43,554 bases of DNA, from the IMG/VR virus record IMGVR_UViG_3300025018_000037, positions 1 to 43,554 of that record; one strand, written 5' to 3'. This stretch comes from a virus (taxonomy: Duplodnaviria > Caudoviricetes). The notes beneath the pieces are model-generated. The model did not search any database, was not told the origin of the DNA, and was given only the letters and a program-made list of their open reading frames with translations. Made by a program: the position numbers and the translations under genes. Below are positions 18,462 through 27,108 of the stretch, one piece after another (positions within the stretch are counted from its first letter, which is position 1; every line of letters begins with the position of its first letter).

Positions 18462-18790
18462 TGAAACTGCAAAATGGCTTCTCAAATGAAACAAGACATA
18501 TATACCTGGGACACTGGAGGTGTTTCTTATGTGGAGCAAATGGCTGGAATAGAGGAGGGCTTGAGATACATCATATCCTTGGCAGAACTTCAAGCTCGGC
18601 TTTCAATTCTTCCTGTCTATGTGGTTACTGCCACAAGCATATCGGACATAGTAGGGAGGAACATAGAAGGATTTTCAGGGAAACCTTTAGATTTCTCAAA
18701 GAGGTTAAGTATAAACCCACTGAGGAAGATTGGAGATTCTTGGAAGAAAACTTCGATGAGTTGGTGGAAGATGTTAATAAAATAATGTAA
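18461..18790 (+). CDS. HNH/NinG-like nuclease
   Basis: CFLCG...LEIHHI...CLCGYCH. Confidence 0.7.
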   Translation: MKLQNGFSNETRHIYLGHWRCFLCGANGWNRGGLEIHHILGRTSSSAFNSSCLCGYCHKHIGHSREEHRRIFRETFRFLKEVKYKPTEEDWRFLEENFDELVEDVNKIM

Positions 18791-18795
18791 AAAGT

Positions 18796-19377
18796 ATGAA
18801 CTTAAAAGATATATTTGAAAAATTGGGTAATAAACAAAAAGCAGAGTTGAGGATTTACACTTTTCTCTTTAAAAAGAAAACAATTCGTGGAGAGATGACT
18901 ATGGTCGCCACTCAGGTTGGGTATGATGAAGCTTCTACCAAAGCAAAACTAATAAGAGATGTCGAAAAGAAAGAAGGGGTAGGCTTCCTTGATGGAGCTG
19001 ATATGGTTTCTTGTGATTCTATGTATCTCTCTATGGCACTGTTAGATTTTATGAACGAAAAGGAAGGTTTTGATAGCGACTCTGAGATTCCTCTTGCTCA
19101 TGATTTAGCAGATGGCGTTAGAAAGACTCTGAAAGAGCTGGATACTTTGAGAAAATCTCTCTCTAAAGAGGGTGTTGTAGGAGATATTCTGAAAGAATCG
19201 AAAGGTCGAGAAAAAAAGAAAGAAGAAAAACCTAAAGAGTCAGAACCAGTGGTAGATAAAAAGTCTGAGCTGATGAAGGAAATCATAGAAAAGAAAGATA
19301 AGAAATTGTTTGAGAAGAACAAAGGGCAGTTCACTGAATATGAGGTTAAATACTTAAAAGATAAAATTAAAAACTAG
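18796..19377 (+). CDS. Hypothetical protein (193 aa)
   Basis: Packed ORF with an aaaagtATG start. Confidence 0.75.
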   Translation: MNLKDIFEKLGNKQKAELRIYTFLFKKKTIRGEMTMVATQVGYDEASTKAKLIRDVEKKEGVGFLDGADMVSCDSMYLSMALLDFMNEKEGFDSDSEIPLAHDLADGVRKTLKELDTLRKSLSKEGVVGDILKESKGREKKKEEKPKESEPVVDKKSELMKEIIEKKDKKLFEKNKGQFTEYEVKYLKDKIKN

Positions 19378-19378
19378 T

Positions 19379-19735
19379 ATGTTTAGAAAGATTAACAGTT
19401 CAGGGATGGGAGGTGTGTTTAAGGTCATGTTGAAAGGTGTAGGAGATTTTCTTGGAAGAAACTTTGCACATATTCTGCTTGGGACAAGCTTTATTGTGTA
19501 TGCATTTACTGGGGAAATTGTAGTTTTGCCTTGGGTATTAGCTACTTGGGTATTAGCTACTTGGTTCTTTCATCTCATAGCACAGATGTCGCAGGAAACA
19601 ACTAGAGATGCGTTGGATATTTCAAAGCAGGGTGTAGAAATAATGGATATGATGCAGGCGGAGTTGAACCGGCAGTTAGATTTATTGAAACAAGCAGGAG
19701 AAATTATTAAAAAGCTAGAGGAGAACCAGAAATAA
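19379..19735 (+). CDS. Membrane protein with a C-terminal coiled coil
   Basis: Two hydrophobic segments; contains a 15-bp tandem duplication. Confidence 0.7.
   Translation: MFRKINSSGMGGVFKVMLKGVGDFLGRNFAHILLGTSFIVYAFTGEIVVLPWVLATWVLATWFFHLIAQMSQETTRDALDISKQGVEIMDMMQAELNRQLDLLKQAGEIIKKLEENQK
19530..19564 (+). repeat. 15-bp in-frame tandem duplication
   Basis: CTTGGGTATTAGCTA x2 + CTTGG, encoding WVLAT-WVLAT-W. Confidence 0.9.
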
Positions 19736-19736
19736 T

Positions 19737-20036
19737 ATGGAAGATACATACTACTTAATTATAGATGGAGAGGTTGTGGCACTGGGAGAATCTGAGGCAG
19801 ATTTGATAAACCAAGCATACGCTGATGGCATTGAGAAGTTTGATGTCTTGCTGAGAGAAGATATTAAAGATGGACACGAAGCTTTGATGGCAGATGCCCT
19901 ACTACTTTGGACTGAGGCAAAAACAAAGCAGTTCCATGATTTCGAGAACACTGCCTATGATGCACCAAAGATGGCTTTGATGGCAAAACTTGGTGTCATG
20001 GCAAAGAGGGTTGAAGGAGGTCAATACGATAATTAA
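19737..20036 (+). CDS. Hypothetical protein
   Basis: Packed ORF; QFHDFEN.AYDAPKMAL...GQYDN motif. Confidence 0.7.
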   Translation: MEDTYYLIIDGEVVALGESEADLINQAYADGIEKFDVLLREDIKDGHEALMADALLLWTEAKTKQFHDFENTAYDAPKMALMAKLGVMAKRVEGGQYDN

Positions 20037-20048
20037 AGCCTTGTACAC

Positions 20049-20076
20049 TTGCGTATTGGTTGGATAGGAGTATACT
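20049..20076 (+). promoter_or_regulatory. Sigma70-like promoter of the modification operon
   Basis: TTGCGT-16-TATACT in the intergenic gap. Confidence 0.5.
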
Positions 20077-20108
20077 TATAGATAGGTTTAATAACTAATA
20101 AAAAAACC

Positions 20109-20267
20109 ATGCCAGAAGAAACAAACGAAGTTGTAGCAGAAGAAACTACAAATGAAGAAGTTACCGAGCAGGTTGAAACAGCAGAACCAGAGGTTGCCTC
20201 AGAGAATGACAGTGAAGGAGGCGAGGCAGAGGGGTCTGCTGAAGCAAGTCCTGAACCAACAGAGTAA
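20109..20267 (+). CDS. Highly acidic 52-aa peptide (not in the ORF track)
   Basis: MPEETNEVVAEETTNEEVTEQVETAEPEVASENDSEGGEAEGSAEASPEPTE: 19 D/E and no K/R. A-rich start context right after the promoter. Confidence 0.65.
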   Translation: MPEETNEVVAEETTNEEVTEQVETAEPEVASENDSEGGEAEGSAEASPEPTE

Positions 20268-20577
20268 GAGGTCGAAGTATGGAAACCAGCGAACTTTCTA
20301 TGAGGGTCGCTGGTATTCCTCTAAAAAAGAAGCAAAAAGGGCAGGAGAGCTTGATTTGCTAAAGAGAGCTGGGGTTGTGTTGGATTGGATACCTCAGTTC
20401 AAATTAGAGATAAAACATAACGGAGTCAAAATATGTTCCTACTTCGCAGACTTCAAAGTTTTTTATCAGAATGGCAGGGTAGAGTATGAAGACACGAAAG
20501 GTGTTGAAACCGCTGTCTTCAAACTAAAGAAGAAAATGGTGAAAGCCTTTCATGGAATAGATATAAAGATTATATGA
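20206..20577 (+). CDS. DUF1064-like PD-(D/E)XK endonuclease
   Basis: SKYGN...YSSKKEAKR...QFKL...YFADF...EDTKGVET.VFKLKKK. Start uncertain (20152 or 20206). Confidence 0.8.
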   Translation: MTVKEARQRGLLKQVLNQQSKRSKYGNQRTFYEGRWYSSKKEAKRAGELDLLKRAGVVLDWIPQFKLEIKHNGVKICSYFADFKVFYQNGRVEYEDTKGVETAVFKLKKKMVKAFHGIDIKII

Positions 20578-20831
20578 GTAATAAAAAACAGAAAGTTATA
20601 CTAAAGTTCAAGAACGATGCCTTTGTTGAGCAGTTGAAAAGCTTGCTCTTGAAAACTGGTAGTGTGAAAGTCGGAGGACTGGGTATTTTTGAGATTAGGA
20701 AGATACCTGCTAGAGAAGCTTATAACGTTGGGAGTGGGAAGATGTTCCTTTTAGATGAACATAACAAACTAGCCTTCAAACCAACAAAAAAAATTAAAGA
20801 TGTAATTCAAGATTATGACGGAGATAACTAG
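20574..20831 (+). CDS. HU/IHF-like DNA-binding protein
   Basis: VKVGGLGIFEIRKIPAREAYN...LAFKPTKKIKD. Confidence 0.8.
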   Translation: MSNKKQKVILKFKNDAFVEQLKSLLLKTGSVKVGGLGIFEIRKIPAREAYNVGSGKMFLLDEHNKLAFKPTKKIKDVIQDYDGDN

Positions 20832-21480
20832 CCTAAAGGGGTATCACAAGAACCCCAGAAAAATTAAAGATGAAGACTTCAAGCTTTTGACTGAGAGTTT
20901 GCAGGAGTTTGGAGATTTGTCAGGTATTGTCGTAAATAAAAGGACAGGAGAGATTGTTGGTGGGAACCAAAGAACTACTTTTTTTAAGACAAAATCTGAT
21001 GAAGTTGAGATTGTGCTAACAGATGAATTGGCAAAACCTACTCCGATTGGAACTGTTGCTTTTGGGTACGTTTTATTTAAAGGTGAAAGATTCAACTACC
21101 GAGAGGTTGATTGGGACGAGGCAAAAGAAGAACGAGCTAACCTTTTAGCTAACAAAGTTGGTGGAGAGTGGGATTGGGACAAGCTCGCAAATGAGTTTGA
21201 TATTGATGTAATGAAAGACTCAGGTTTCCACGACTTTGAACTTGGATTTAAAACTACAAGGGAAGAAGAAGGAATGGCTGGCATAGACAATGATACTCTC
21301 AAAGAATCAATGGAGAGCTATGTTGATGGGAATATAAAACAGGTCGTGTTGTATTTCTCTAACGAGGAGTTTGAAGATGTTATGACTCGACTGGATAAGG
21401 TTTCTAAAGAGTTCGAGGTTACTTCAAACACAGAAGCGTTCTTAAAGCTGTTAGAATACTATGAAAATAATCGAAGTTAA
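20815..21480 (+). CDS. ParB/Srx-like N-terminal domain protein
   Basis: KNPRKI...SLQEFG...IVGGNQR...ANK.GGEWD, the ParB-like type linked to phage DNA-modification loci. Confidence 0.8.
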   Translation: MTEITSLKGYHKNPRKIKDEDFKLLTESLQEFGDLSGIVVNKRTGEIVGGNQRTTFFKTKSDEVEIVLTDELAKPTPIGTVAFGYVLFKGERFNYREVDWDEAKEERANLLANKVGGEWDWDKLANEFDIDVMKDSGFHDFELGFKTTREEEGMAGIDNDTLKESMESYVDGNIKQVVLYFSNEEFEDVMTRLDKVSKEFEVTSNTEAFLKLLEYYENNRS

Positions 21481-22342
21481 AAGGAAGGAAATAAACCACA
21501 AAGACTGGATTAAGAGGTCTGCAAAAGAATCAGACTACGATATTTTGATAGATGAACCTTGTATTATTACAGAGAATGGAGAGATTAAGGTTATCTATGA
21601 CCACCTGCCTATTGATACTTCAGATGTTCAGAAAGCTTTGAAGAAAATCAAATATACAACAGGGAAACGTTCGAGGGGGCTTGTGTCTACTTCGAGGATT
21701 TTTGGTTATAGACCACGAAACGAGATGCGACAGGACTACTGTTCTTCTACTTCTTTGGAAATAGAACACCCACTTGAACATGAGGTGATAGCTTCTATGG
21801 CTTTGAAACTGGAGCAATACTACAAGGAACACAATAACGAAAAGTACCGCTTTCATAGAGAGCTTGCTGAGGAGAAGGTTGCAAAAGATTGGAGGATTGG
21901 GAAGCAGTCTATGTTCACTTCTGGGATTATCAACAAGAACAACCAGTTGAAGTACCACTTTGATACTGGAAACTTCACCGATGTGTTCTCTATGATGACT
22001 GTGTTTAAGGAAGGTGTTGAAGGTGGATTCTTGTCTTTGCCTGAATATGGTATTGGTTTTAAGTTGCCGAACAACTCTCTGTTTCTTTTCGATGGGCAGG
22101 GTTTGATGCATGGAGTAACACCTATCAAGTACAACTCACCGAAAGGATATAGGTACTCTGTTGTTTACTACACTTTGAAAAGAATGTGGCAGTGTCTTGA
22201 AATCAACGAGGAGATTGCTCGAATTAGACAGCAGAAAACTATTAGAGAAAGAACAAGAATGGAGAACCCACTCACCGAAGAAGACAGGAAGTTGAAAGAA
22301 GAAAAAGAAAAGATGCTTAGAAACAGAATAGGAAAACAATAA
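21461..22342 (+). CDS. TET/JBP-family 2OG-Fe(II) dioxygenase
   Basis: FTSGIINKN, HFDTGN (HxD), GGFLSLPEY, MHGVTP (distal His), RYSVVYY (2OG-binding Arg). Confidence 0.8.
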   Translation: MKIIEVKRKEINHKDWIKRSAKESDYDILIDEPCIITENGEIKVIYDHLPIDTSDVQKALKKIKYTTGKRSRGLVSTSRIFGYRPRNEMRQDYCSSTSLEIEHPLEHEVIASMALKLEQYYKEHNNEKYRFHRELAEEKVAKDWRIGKQSMFTSGIINKNNQLKYHFDTGNFTDVFSMMTVFKEGVEGGFLSLPEYGIGFKLPNNSLFLFDGQGLMHGVTPIKYNSPKGYRYSVVYYTLKRMWQCLEINEEIARIRQQKTIRERTRMENPLTEEDRKLKEEKEKMLRNRIGKQ

Positions 22343-22343
22343 T

Positions 22344-23177
22344 ATGAGAATAATAATACCAAGTTATCATAGGGCGAAAACAATAAGTTCGCACAAGCTA
22401 TTCGAGAAGTATGACTACACAATTTTTGTTCATACTGAAGAAGAAAGGTCTGAATACTTACAAGCAAACCCCGATATTTCCCCGGAGAAACTGGTAACTA
22501 CAAATGCACCTGCTGGAGTAGCTAATCAAAGGCAGTGGATTCAGGACAATTTCTTAAAGAAAGATGAATGGTTTATTTCTCTCGATGATAATATACAGGA
22601 GATTCACGCTGTTCCTGAACCGCACTATTTTGCAGATGAATTGCCAGTAAAGACAGACAAGTCTATGAAGGCTTTGTTTGAAACTGTATGTTCGCCTGAA
22701 AGGTTTATAGAGATTTGTGAAGAACTCGCACAGAAGGGAGAGAAAGAAGGTGCTTATAACATAGGGTTTGGAACAACACCGAACTTCTTTTTTAGAGCAA
22801 AGAAATATAGATATGTTGGGTACGTCATCTCAAAGGCTTGTGTGCGAAAAAATGTAGGTACTCCTTTTGCTCTCGATGCACAGTCTATGGAAGATTATGC
22901 TTATACGGCAGAAACTCTCTTGAGATATGGAAAGGTAATTGTGAACAACTTTGTATTTCCAGTAGCTAAACACTATGAGAAAGGAGGTATTGGAACATAT
23001 GAAGAAAGGTTGCCAAGAAAGATTAGGGACTCTGAAACTTTGATGCAGAGATATCCTATGCTATTTAGACACCCTAAAAAAACTGGTACTGACCCTCTTG
23101 GGGAATTGGCAATACGATTCACAAGTTTGAAGCAGGTCGAAAAATGGAGAGCATTTATGAGAACAAGAAAAAACTAG
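22344..23177 (+). CDS. TET-associated / GREB1-JGT-like glycosyltransferase (GT-A fold)
   Basis: IIIPSYHR, RQWI, SLDDNI (metal-binding), MEDY, KGGIG...R motifs. Coupled to the TET gene. Confidence 0.8.
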   Translation: MRIIIPSYHRAKTISSHKLFEKYDYTIFVHTEEERSEYLQANPDISPEKLVTTNAPAGVANQRQWIQDNFLKKDEWFISLDDNIQEIHAVPEPHYFADELPVKTDKSMKALFETVCSPERFIEICEELAQKGEKEGAYNIGFGTTPNFFFRAKKYRYVGYVISKACVRKNVGTPFALDAQSMEDYAYTAETLLRYGKVIVNNFVFPVAKHYEKGGIGTYEERLPRKIRDSETLMQRYPMLFRHPKKTGTDPLGELAIRFTSLKQVEKWRAFMRTRKN

Positions 23178-23178
23178 T

Positions 23179-23460
23179 ATGGCAATTTACGGAGATGAAG
23201 ACAGTGACTGGAGAATAGGCAAAGCACAATTCTATCCTGGCAGTGTTATAACCCCTTCAAAGAGTGTATCTTTATCTAAATCTTACAACATAGACTTGGG
23301 GGTTTATGACACACACTCTACGGACCATATGAAAACAGGGAATAGTGTCGTATTACCTGATGAAGCACCTAATGAGCAAAAGAGATACCTGCTCAAAGAA
23401 GCAATATATAAAGCAGTTGAGAGAATGTATGAAGAAATAGATATTAACTTTAGAGATTAA
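23179..23460 (+). CDS. Hypothetical protein
   Basis: TAGT-ATG coupling to the glycosyltransferase gene. Confidence 0.65.
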   Translation: MAIYGDEDSDWRIGKAQFYPGSVITPSKSVSLSKSYNIDLGVYDTHSTDHMKTGNSVVLPDEAPNEQKRYLLKEAIYKAVERMYEEIDINFRD

Positions 23461-23464
23461 GAAC

Positions 23465-23887
23465 ATGGAAAATCAAGGAATCAAAATAAAAGAAAGAAAG
23501 TCGAAACTCTGGGGACTGTGGAAGATTATGTTCCCCAACGTAACTATGGAGAGTATGTACCTTGCTTTTGGAGATACTATTTATATCCCAGAAGGGAAAG
23601 AACTACCTCGTGATACACAGGCTCATGAAATGGTACACCTATATCAACAGGGTCTTTCTAAGAAGACAGCTCTCATTTGGTGGGTGAAATATGTATTCAG
23701 TAAAAAGTTCAGATATAGGCAAGAGATTGAAGCATATAGAGAACAGTTCGACTTCGCAAAGAGAAACTCAAAGATGTCATACAAGAAACTCTACGCTTAT
23801 AGGAACTGGATTGTAGATATGATTACAGGGAAGATGTACGGAAACATGGCAACAAGAGAGCAAGCATTAAAAGATTTAGATATATAA
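23465..23887 (+). CDS. HExxH zincin-like protein
   Basis: AHEMVHLYQQ...EIEAY. Confidence 0.7.
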   Translation: MENQGIKIKERKSKLWGLWKIMFPNVTMESMYLAFGDTIYIPEGKELPRDTQAHEMVHLYQQGLSKKTALIWWVKYVFSKKFRYRQEIEAYREQFDFAKRNSKMSYKKLYAYRNWIVDMITGKMYGNMATREQALKDLDI

Positions 23888-23889
23888 AC

Positions 23890-24150
23890 ATGATTAAAAC
23901 AGTAGGAAACAAAATAGCAATAGAACTTATTGAGGAGAAGGAGGTTATCACAAAGTCTGGGTTGGCACTTGGAGATACTAAAGATGAACAAGCTTTCAAG
24001 AAAGGGACAGTAGTACATACTGGAATGGAAGTGAAAGAAATCGTAAAGGGAGATGTTGTATATTTTAACTGGTCTGAAGCTGTAATTGATAAAGAAGGGA
24101 AGGAATACCATGTAGTTAGAGAACCAGAAATTATAGGGGTTGAAAGGTAA
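23890..24150 (+). CDS. groES: Co-chaperonin GroES
   Basis: GNKIAIE, mobile loop ITKSGLAL, GTVVHTG, VKGDVVYF, VVREPEIIG. Confidence 0.85.
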   Translation: MIKTVGNKIAIELIEEKEVITKSGLALGDTKDEQAFKKGTVVHTGMEVKEIVKGDVVYFNWSEAVIDKEGKEYHVVREPEIIGVER

Positions 24151-24164
24151 AAAGATGAATAATT

Positions 24165-24182
24165 CACTAAACAAGGTATAAT
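24165..24182 (+). promoter_or_regulatory. Class I-related -10 element (possible leaderless transcript)
   Basis: CACTAAACAAGG-TATAAT, 7 nt before the ATG at 24190. The -35 is weak. Confidence 0.45.
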
Positions 24183-24189
24183 AGTTCAT

Positions 24190-24729
24190 ATGGCAAAAAA
24201 GACAGATAAAACAAAGGTAGATACTGTGAAAGAGAAAGTGAACTCTATAAGGAAGATTAGTGACGGACTCCCTGCTGAGAAGATTCTTTCAAACAAGGAG
24301 AAGTATATTATCTGGCGTTCTATTCCTGCTGTGGTTAAAACTATCAAAGATGAAAGCCTTGAACAGTTGGGATATGATGTGAATGATGAATTATTTATGA
24401 AGCTTGTGCGTATTAAGAATAAAGGGGACTTTTGCAGGGTCATGAAGGTTGGAGTTAATCAACCAGCCTATTGGGAGAAATCTAAAGACTTCCAACTTAT
24501 AGTTAATCAAATCTCAACAGAAGCAAACGTCATGAAGTTCAAACCAGACGTTGATTTTTCATTTACCCAGAAGGTTATACGTCAGGGAGATGCTCACAGG
24601 GTCAAGCTTTGGAAGCAATTATTCGAGGGTTGGACAGAAAAGACAGAAAGTCACAATTTGAACGTGAATATGACACCAGCAGATTTAGTTGAAATGATTG
24701 AGAAAAGGAACAAGGAAATAAGGTCTTAA
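24190..24729 (+). CDS. Putative terminase small subunit / phBC6A51-like HTH protein
   Basis: HTH-like FCRVMKVG..QPAYWEK, GDAHRVKLWKQLFEGWTEK.. and a C-terminal NLNVN beta strand. Confidence 0.5.
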   Translation: MAKKTDKTKVDTVKEKVNSIRKISDGLPAEKILSNKEKYIIWRSIPAVVKTIKDESLEQLGYDVNDELFMKLVRIKNKGDFCRVMKVGVNQPAYWEKSKDFQLIVNQISTEANVMKFKPDVDFSFTQKVIRQGDAHRVKLWKQLFEGWTEKTESHNLNVNMTPADLVEMIEKRNKEIRS

Positions 24730-24745
24730 CAGAGCCTTTTCTTCA

Positions 24746-24801
24746 CTATCCACAAGATTATACTCATAATTATTGCAATTATCCACTATATAAGGCATTA
24801 T
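24746..24801 (+). promoter_or_regulatory. Class I promoter P6
   Basis: CTATCCACA 24746, TTGCAA 24773, 17-nt spacer TTATCCACTATATAAGG (contains a second box-like site), CATTAT 24796. Confidence 0.75.
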
Positions 24802-24840
24802 ATAAGTATAGGGGGATTAAAAAAAGTAATAATAAAAAGT

Positions 24841-25014
24841 ATGAAAGATTTAATTGAGAAATATGTAGGGAAGGTTGGAGATATAAAATTGGGAGGATTG
24901 ACAGTGATGGTAATGATAAACGATGTGAAAATGTCGTATGGTAAAGAAAGGTTCCTAGTTTCTCCTGCTTCTGGCAAAGGGGAAATCTGGGTAGAAGCTG
25001 TAACTCTCCACTAA
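24841..25014 (+). CDS. Small hypothetical protein (57 aa, not in the ORF track)
   Basis: MKDLIEKYVGKVGDIKLGGLTVMV...SYGKERFLVSPASGKGEIWV; aaaagtATG start. Confidence 0.7.
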   Translation: MKDLIEKYVGKVGDIKLGGLTVMVMINDVKMSYGKERFLVSPASGKGEIWVEAVTLH

Positions 25015-25015
25015 T

Positions 25016-25204
25016 ATGAAAATCTTCAACAGCAGAAAAACAATGAAAAGATTTGCAGACCTTTCGGGGAAATTGAATGGAGCAGAAAAAACAAAGTTCT
25101 CAGAAGATGTTAAAGCTTTGTTCTGGGATAAAAACCTGACAGATAACTATGACGATTTCATGGTTACTGAAGATGAAGTTATTAGTATCTTTAAAAACCT
25201 ATAA
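25016..25204 (+). CDS. Small hypothetical protein
   Basis: TAAT-ATG coupling. Confidence 0.65.
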   Translation: MKIFNSRKTMKRFADLSGKLNGAEKTKFSEDVKALFWDKNLTDNYDDFMVTEDEVISIFKNL

Positions 25205-25686
25205 TGATGAAGTTCAAATATGGTAGGAGAATGAACAGAGAGGAAAGGGAAGAAGTAGCTCAAAATGCTGTGCGTTGGGGGAGCCAAGCTAAAACTATTG
25301 AGGTGGCAAAAGAACAGATGCGATTGAAAGGTTTCCCCTTTTGTGGACAGGGGGAAATGTATGTAAAAGTACCCGAACAGCTCTCTACGCCTCGTTTTGA
25401 GCTAATTAGAGCAGAAATAACCGCCTACTCTGCCAGTCCTGATGAAACCGATGATACGCCTGACATAGTTGCCTCTGGGAAGAAGGCTGAACTGGGTATG
25501 ATTGCCTGCCCTGGGAAGTATGCTTTTGGCACAAAGGTCGAGATTGAAGGAGATGTATATACCTGTGAGGATAGAATGAACATACGATACCGGCACTCTG
25601 AACACTACGATATTCTTGTAGAGTCCAAAGATGAAGCGTATCAGTGGGGTCGAAGAACATTAGAAATTAAAGTGTATACAAACTAG
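25204..25686 (+). CDS. 3D-domain (RlpA/MltA-like) peptidoglycan-active protein
   Basis: ITAYS..PDETDDTP.IVASG, IACP, FGTKVEI, CEDRM, YDI, WGRR. Confidence 0.85.
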   Translation: MMKFKYGRRMNREEREEVAQNAVRWGSQAKTIEVAKEQMRLKGFPFCGQGEMYVKVPEQLSTPRFELIRAEITAYSASPDETDDTPDIVASGKKAELGMIACPGKYAFGTKVEIEGDVYTCEDRMNIRYRHSEHYDILVESKDEAYQWGRRTLEIKVYTN

Positions 25687-25687
25687 T

Positions 25688-25969
25688 ATGAGTAAAGTAA
25701 AAAAAGAGTTGATAGGATATTGTGCTGTGGATAGTGGGCAGTTGATGATAACAGACCCTTGCTATGCTATTAAAGATGAAAGATATAGTAAGATTTGTGA
25801 CAAAACTATAAAAGACCAGATTGGGGAGGTTGTAATTGCCGATATTGCTGGGAATGCTATAGCTTTTCAAACAAATACAGGTGATGGTTCCTACCCTGTT
25901 TATGTGGAAAGACATAAAGATGGTAAGCAGATTAAGAGGGTCATTATTGAGATGGATTGCTGGGAATAA
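25688..25969 (+). CDS. DUF4241-like protein
   Basis: VDSGQLMITDPCY...GDGSYPVY. Confidence 0.7.
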   Translation: MSKVKKELIGYCAVDSGQLMITDPCYAIKDERYSKICDKTIKDQIGEVVIADIAGNAIAFQTNTGDGSYPVYVERHKDGKQIKRVIIEMDCWE

Positions 25970-25982
25970 TATAATAAATAAT

Positions 25983-26135
25983 ATGAGCAACTTTGATGAA
26001 CATGAACAGGACTGGCTAGACAACGATTGTCAGGGAGATATTGGAGATAACCCACTTGCTGTACAAGGGAAGTTTGACCCTACTGAAGTGCTTGGTATCG
26101 ACAAAGATGGGTATAGCATAGATGACGTACTATGA
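25983..26135 (+). CDS. Small acidic protein (50 aa)
   Basis: MSNFDEHEQDWLDND...; AT-rich start and an ATGA overlap with the next ORF. Confidence 0.55.
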   Translation: MSNFDEHEQDWLDNDCQGDIGDNPLAVQGKFDPTEVLGIDKDGYSIDDVL

Positions 26136-26296
26136 GTGAATGGATTATACCAAAGGTAGAAGATGTAGAGCTGACAGAAGATAAATCTGAAGTACATATC
26201 TACATAGAAAGTGACAGCTTTGGGAATAGGTATATATCAATAGAAGGAAAGGCACTTGAACACTTAAAGAAGTTAATCTTAAACTCAAATGAATAA
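26132..26296 (+). CDS. Small hypothetical protein (54 aa, not in the ORF track)
   Basis: MSEWIIPKVEDVELTEDKSEVHIYIESDSFGNRYISIE...; fills the gap. Confidence 0.6.
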   Translation: MSEWIIPKVEDVELTEDKSEVHIYIESDSFGNRYISIEGKALEHLKKLILNSNE

Positions 26297-26576
26297 ACTC
26301 ATACAATGGATAAGGTCCTACTGGAAACCGCCAGAGATTAAAGTAGAAGAACCTACCCCTGTTCCTGTTAAACAATACAAACGAAGGAAAGGAGGAAGGA
26401 AGCCAAAGTTCCTGCCAAAGTGTCCAGGGAATGGAAAGCGAAGCTATACAATGGCAAGAGCAAAGAAGATGGCAGAGAAGAAGTCGAATAGTCTGCTGAA
26501 GCTCAGAGGGTATAAGTGTGAATACTGTCCCCACTGGCATTTAACAAAAAAGAAGAATAAATTAAAAATGCATTAG
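26289..26576 (+). CDS. Basic zinc-finger protein
   Basis: CPGNGKRSY...YKCEYCPHWHLT. Confidence 0.7.
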   Translation: MNKLIQWIRSYWKPPEIKVEEPTPVPVKQYKRRKGGRKPKFLPKCPGNGKRSYTMARAKKMAEKKSNSLLKLRGYKCEYCPHWHLTKKKNKLKMH

Positions 26577-26577
26577 T

Positions 26578-26787
26578 ATGAAAAAAATTAAAGAAAACAT
26601 AGCAAACCTGCTGTTCTATTGGTTGATGAGTTTTATTATAATGGCAACCACAGTGTTGTTTGTAATTATTGCTGTGAGTTTTATGGCTTGGAACTGGGTT
26701 GCTTTCACTGATTTGCAGAATACACTGGGGATATTTAGAGTGCTGGTTGTAACTAGCTTTATTATGGGAGGTATATTGTTTATTTAA
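26578..26787 (+). CDS. Two-TM membrane protein
   Basis: Two hydrophobic helices. Confidence 0.65.
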   Translation: MKKIKENIANLLFYWLMSFIIMATTVLFVIIAVSFMAWNWVAFTDLQNTLGIFRVLVVTSFIMGGILFI

Positions 26788-26805
26788 AGGTGAAATGGAC
26801 TTTGT

Positions 26806-27108
26806 ATGAACAAAAAACAACTAAATGAAGTACAGGCTGAGGTGGTCGAACTATTAAAGGGTTGGGACTATCAAGAACACCCTATTTGGGGTAAAGGAGG
26901 AATCGAAGAAGGTGTCCACGCTATTATCAAAAGGAAGAATGTACTGCCTACAAAGATTTGGAGGAAAGGTGAATGCTCAATCATACCTCCCTGCGAAGTT
27001 ACGTTCGGACAGTATGAGCTATATTCTCCTAAAATAGATGGGGAAACAGAAAGGTTTGGTACTTTACAAGAAGCAATGATAAAAGGAAACGAACTATGCG
27101 AGAAATAA
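26806..27108 (+). CDS. Hypothetical protein
   Basis: Packed ORF. Confidence 0.65.
   Translation: MNKKQLNEVQAEVVELLKGWDYQEHPIWGKGGIEEGVHAIIKRKNVLPTKIWRKGECSIIPPCEVTFGQYELYSPKIDGETERFGTLQEAMIKGNELCEK

Noticed and set aside
20815-21480. ParABS plasmid-prophage partition system
   Set aside because: No ParA, and the ParB-like domain is of the type found in DNA-modification/terminase loci.
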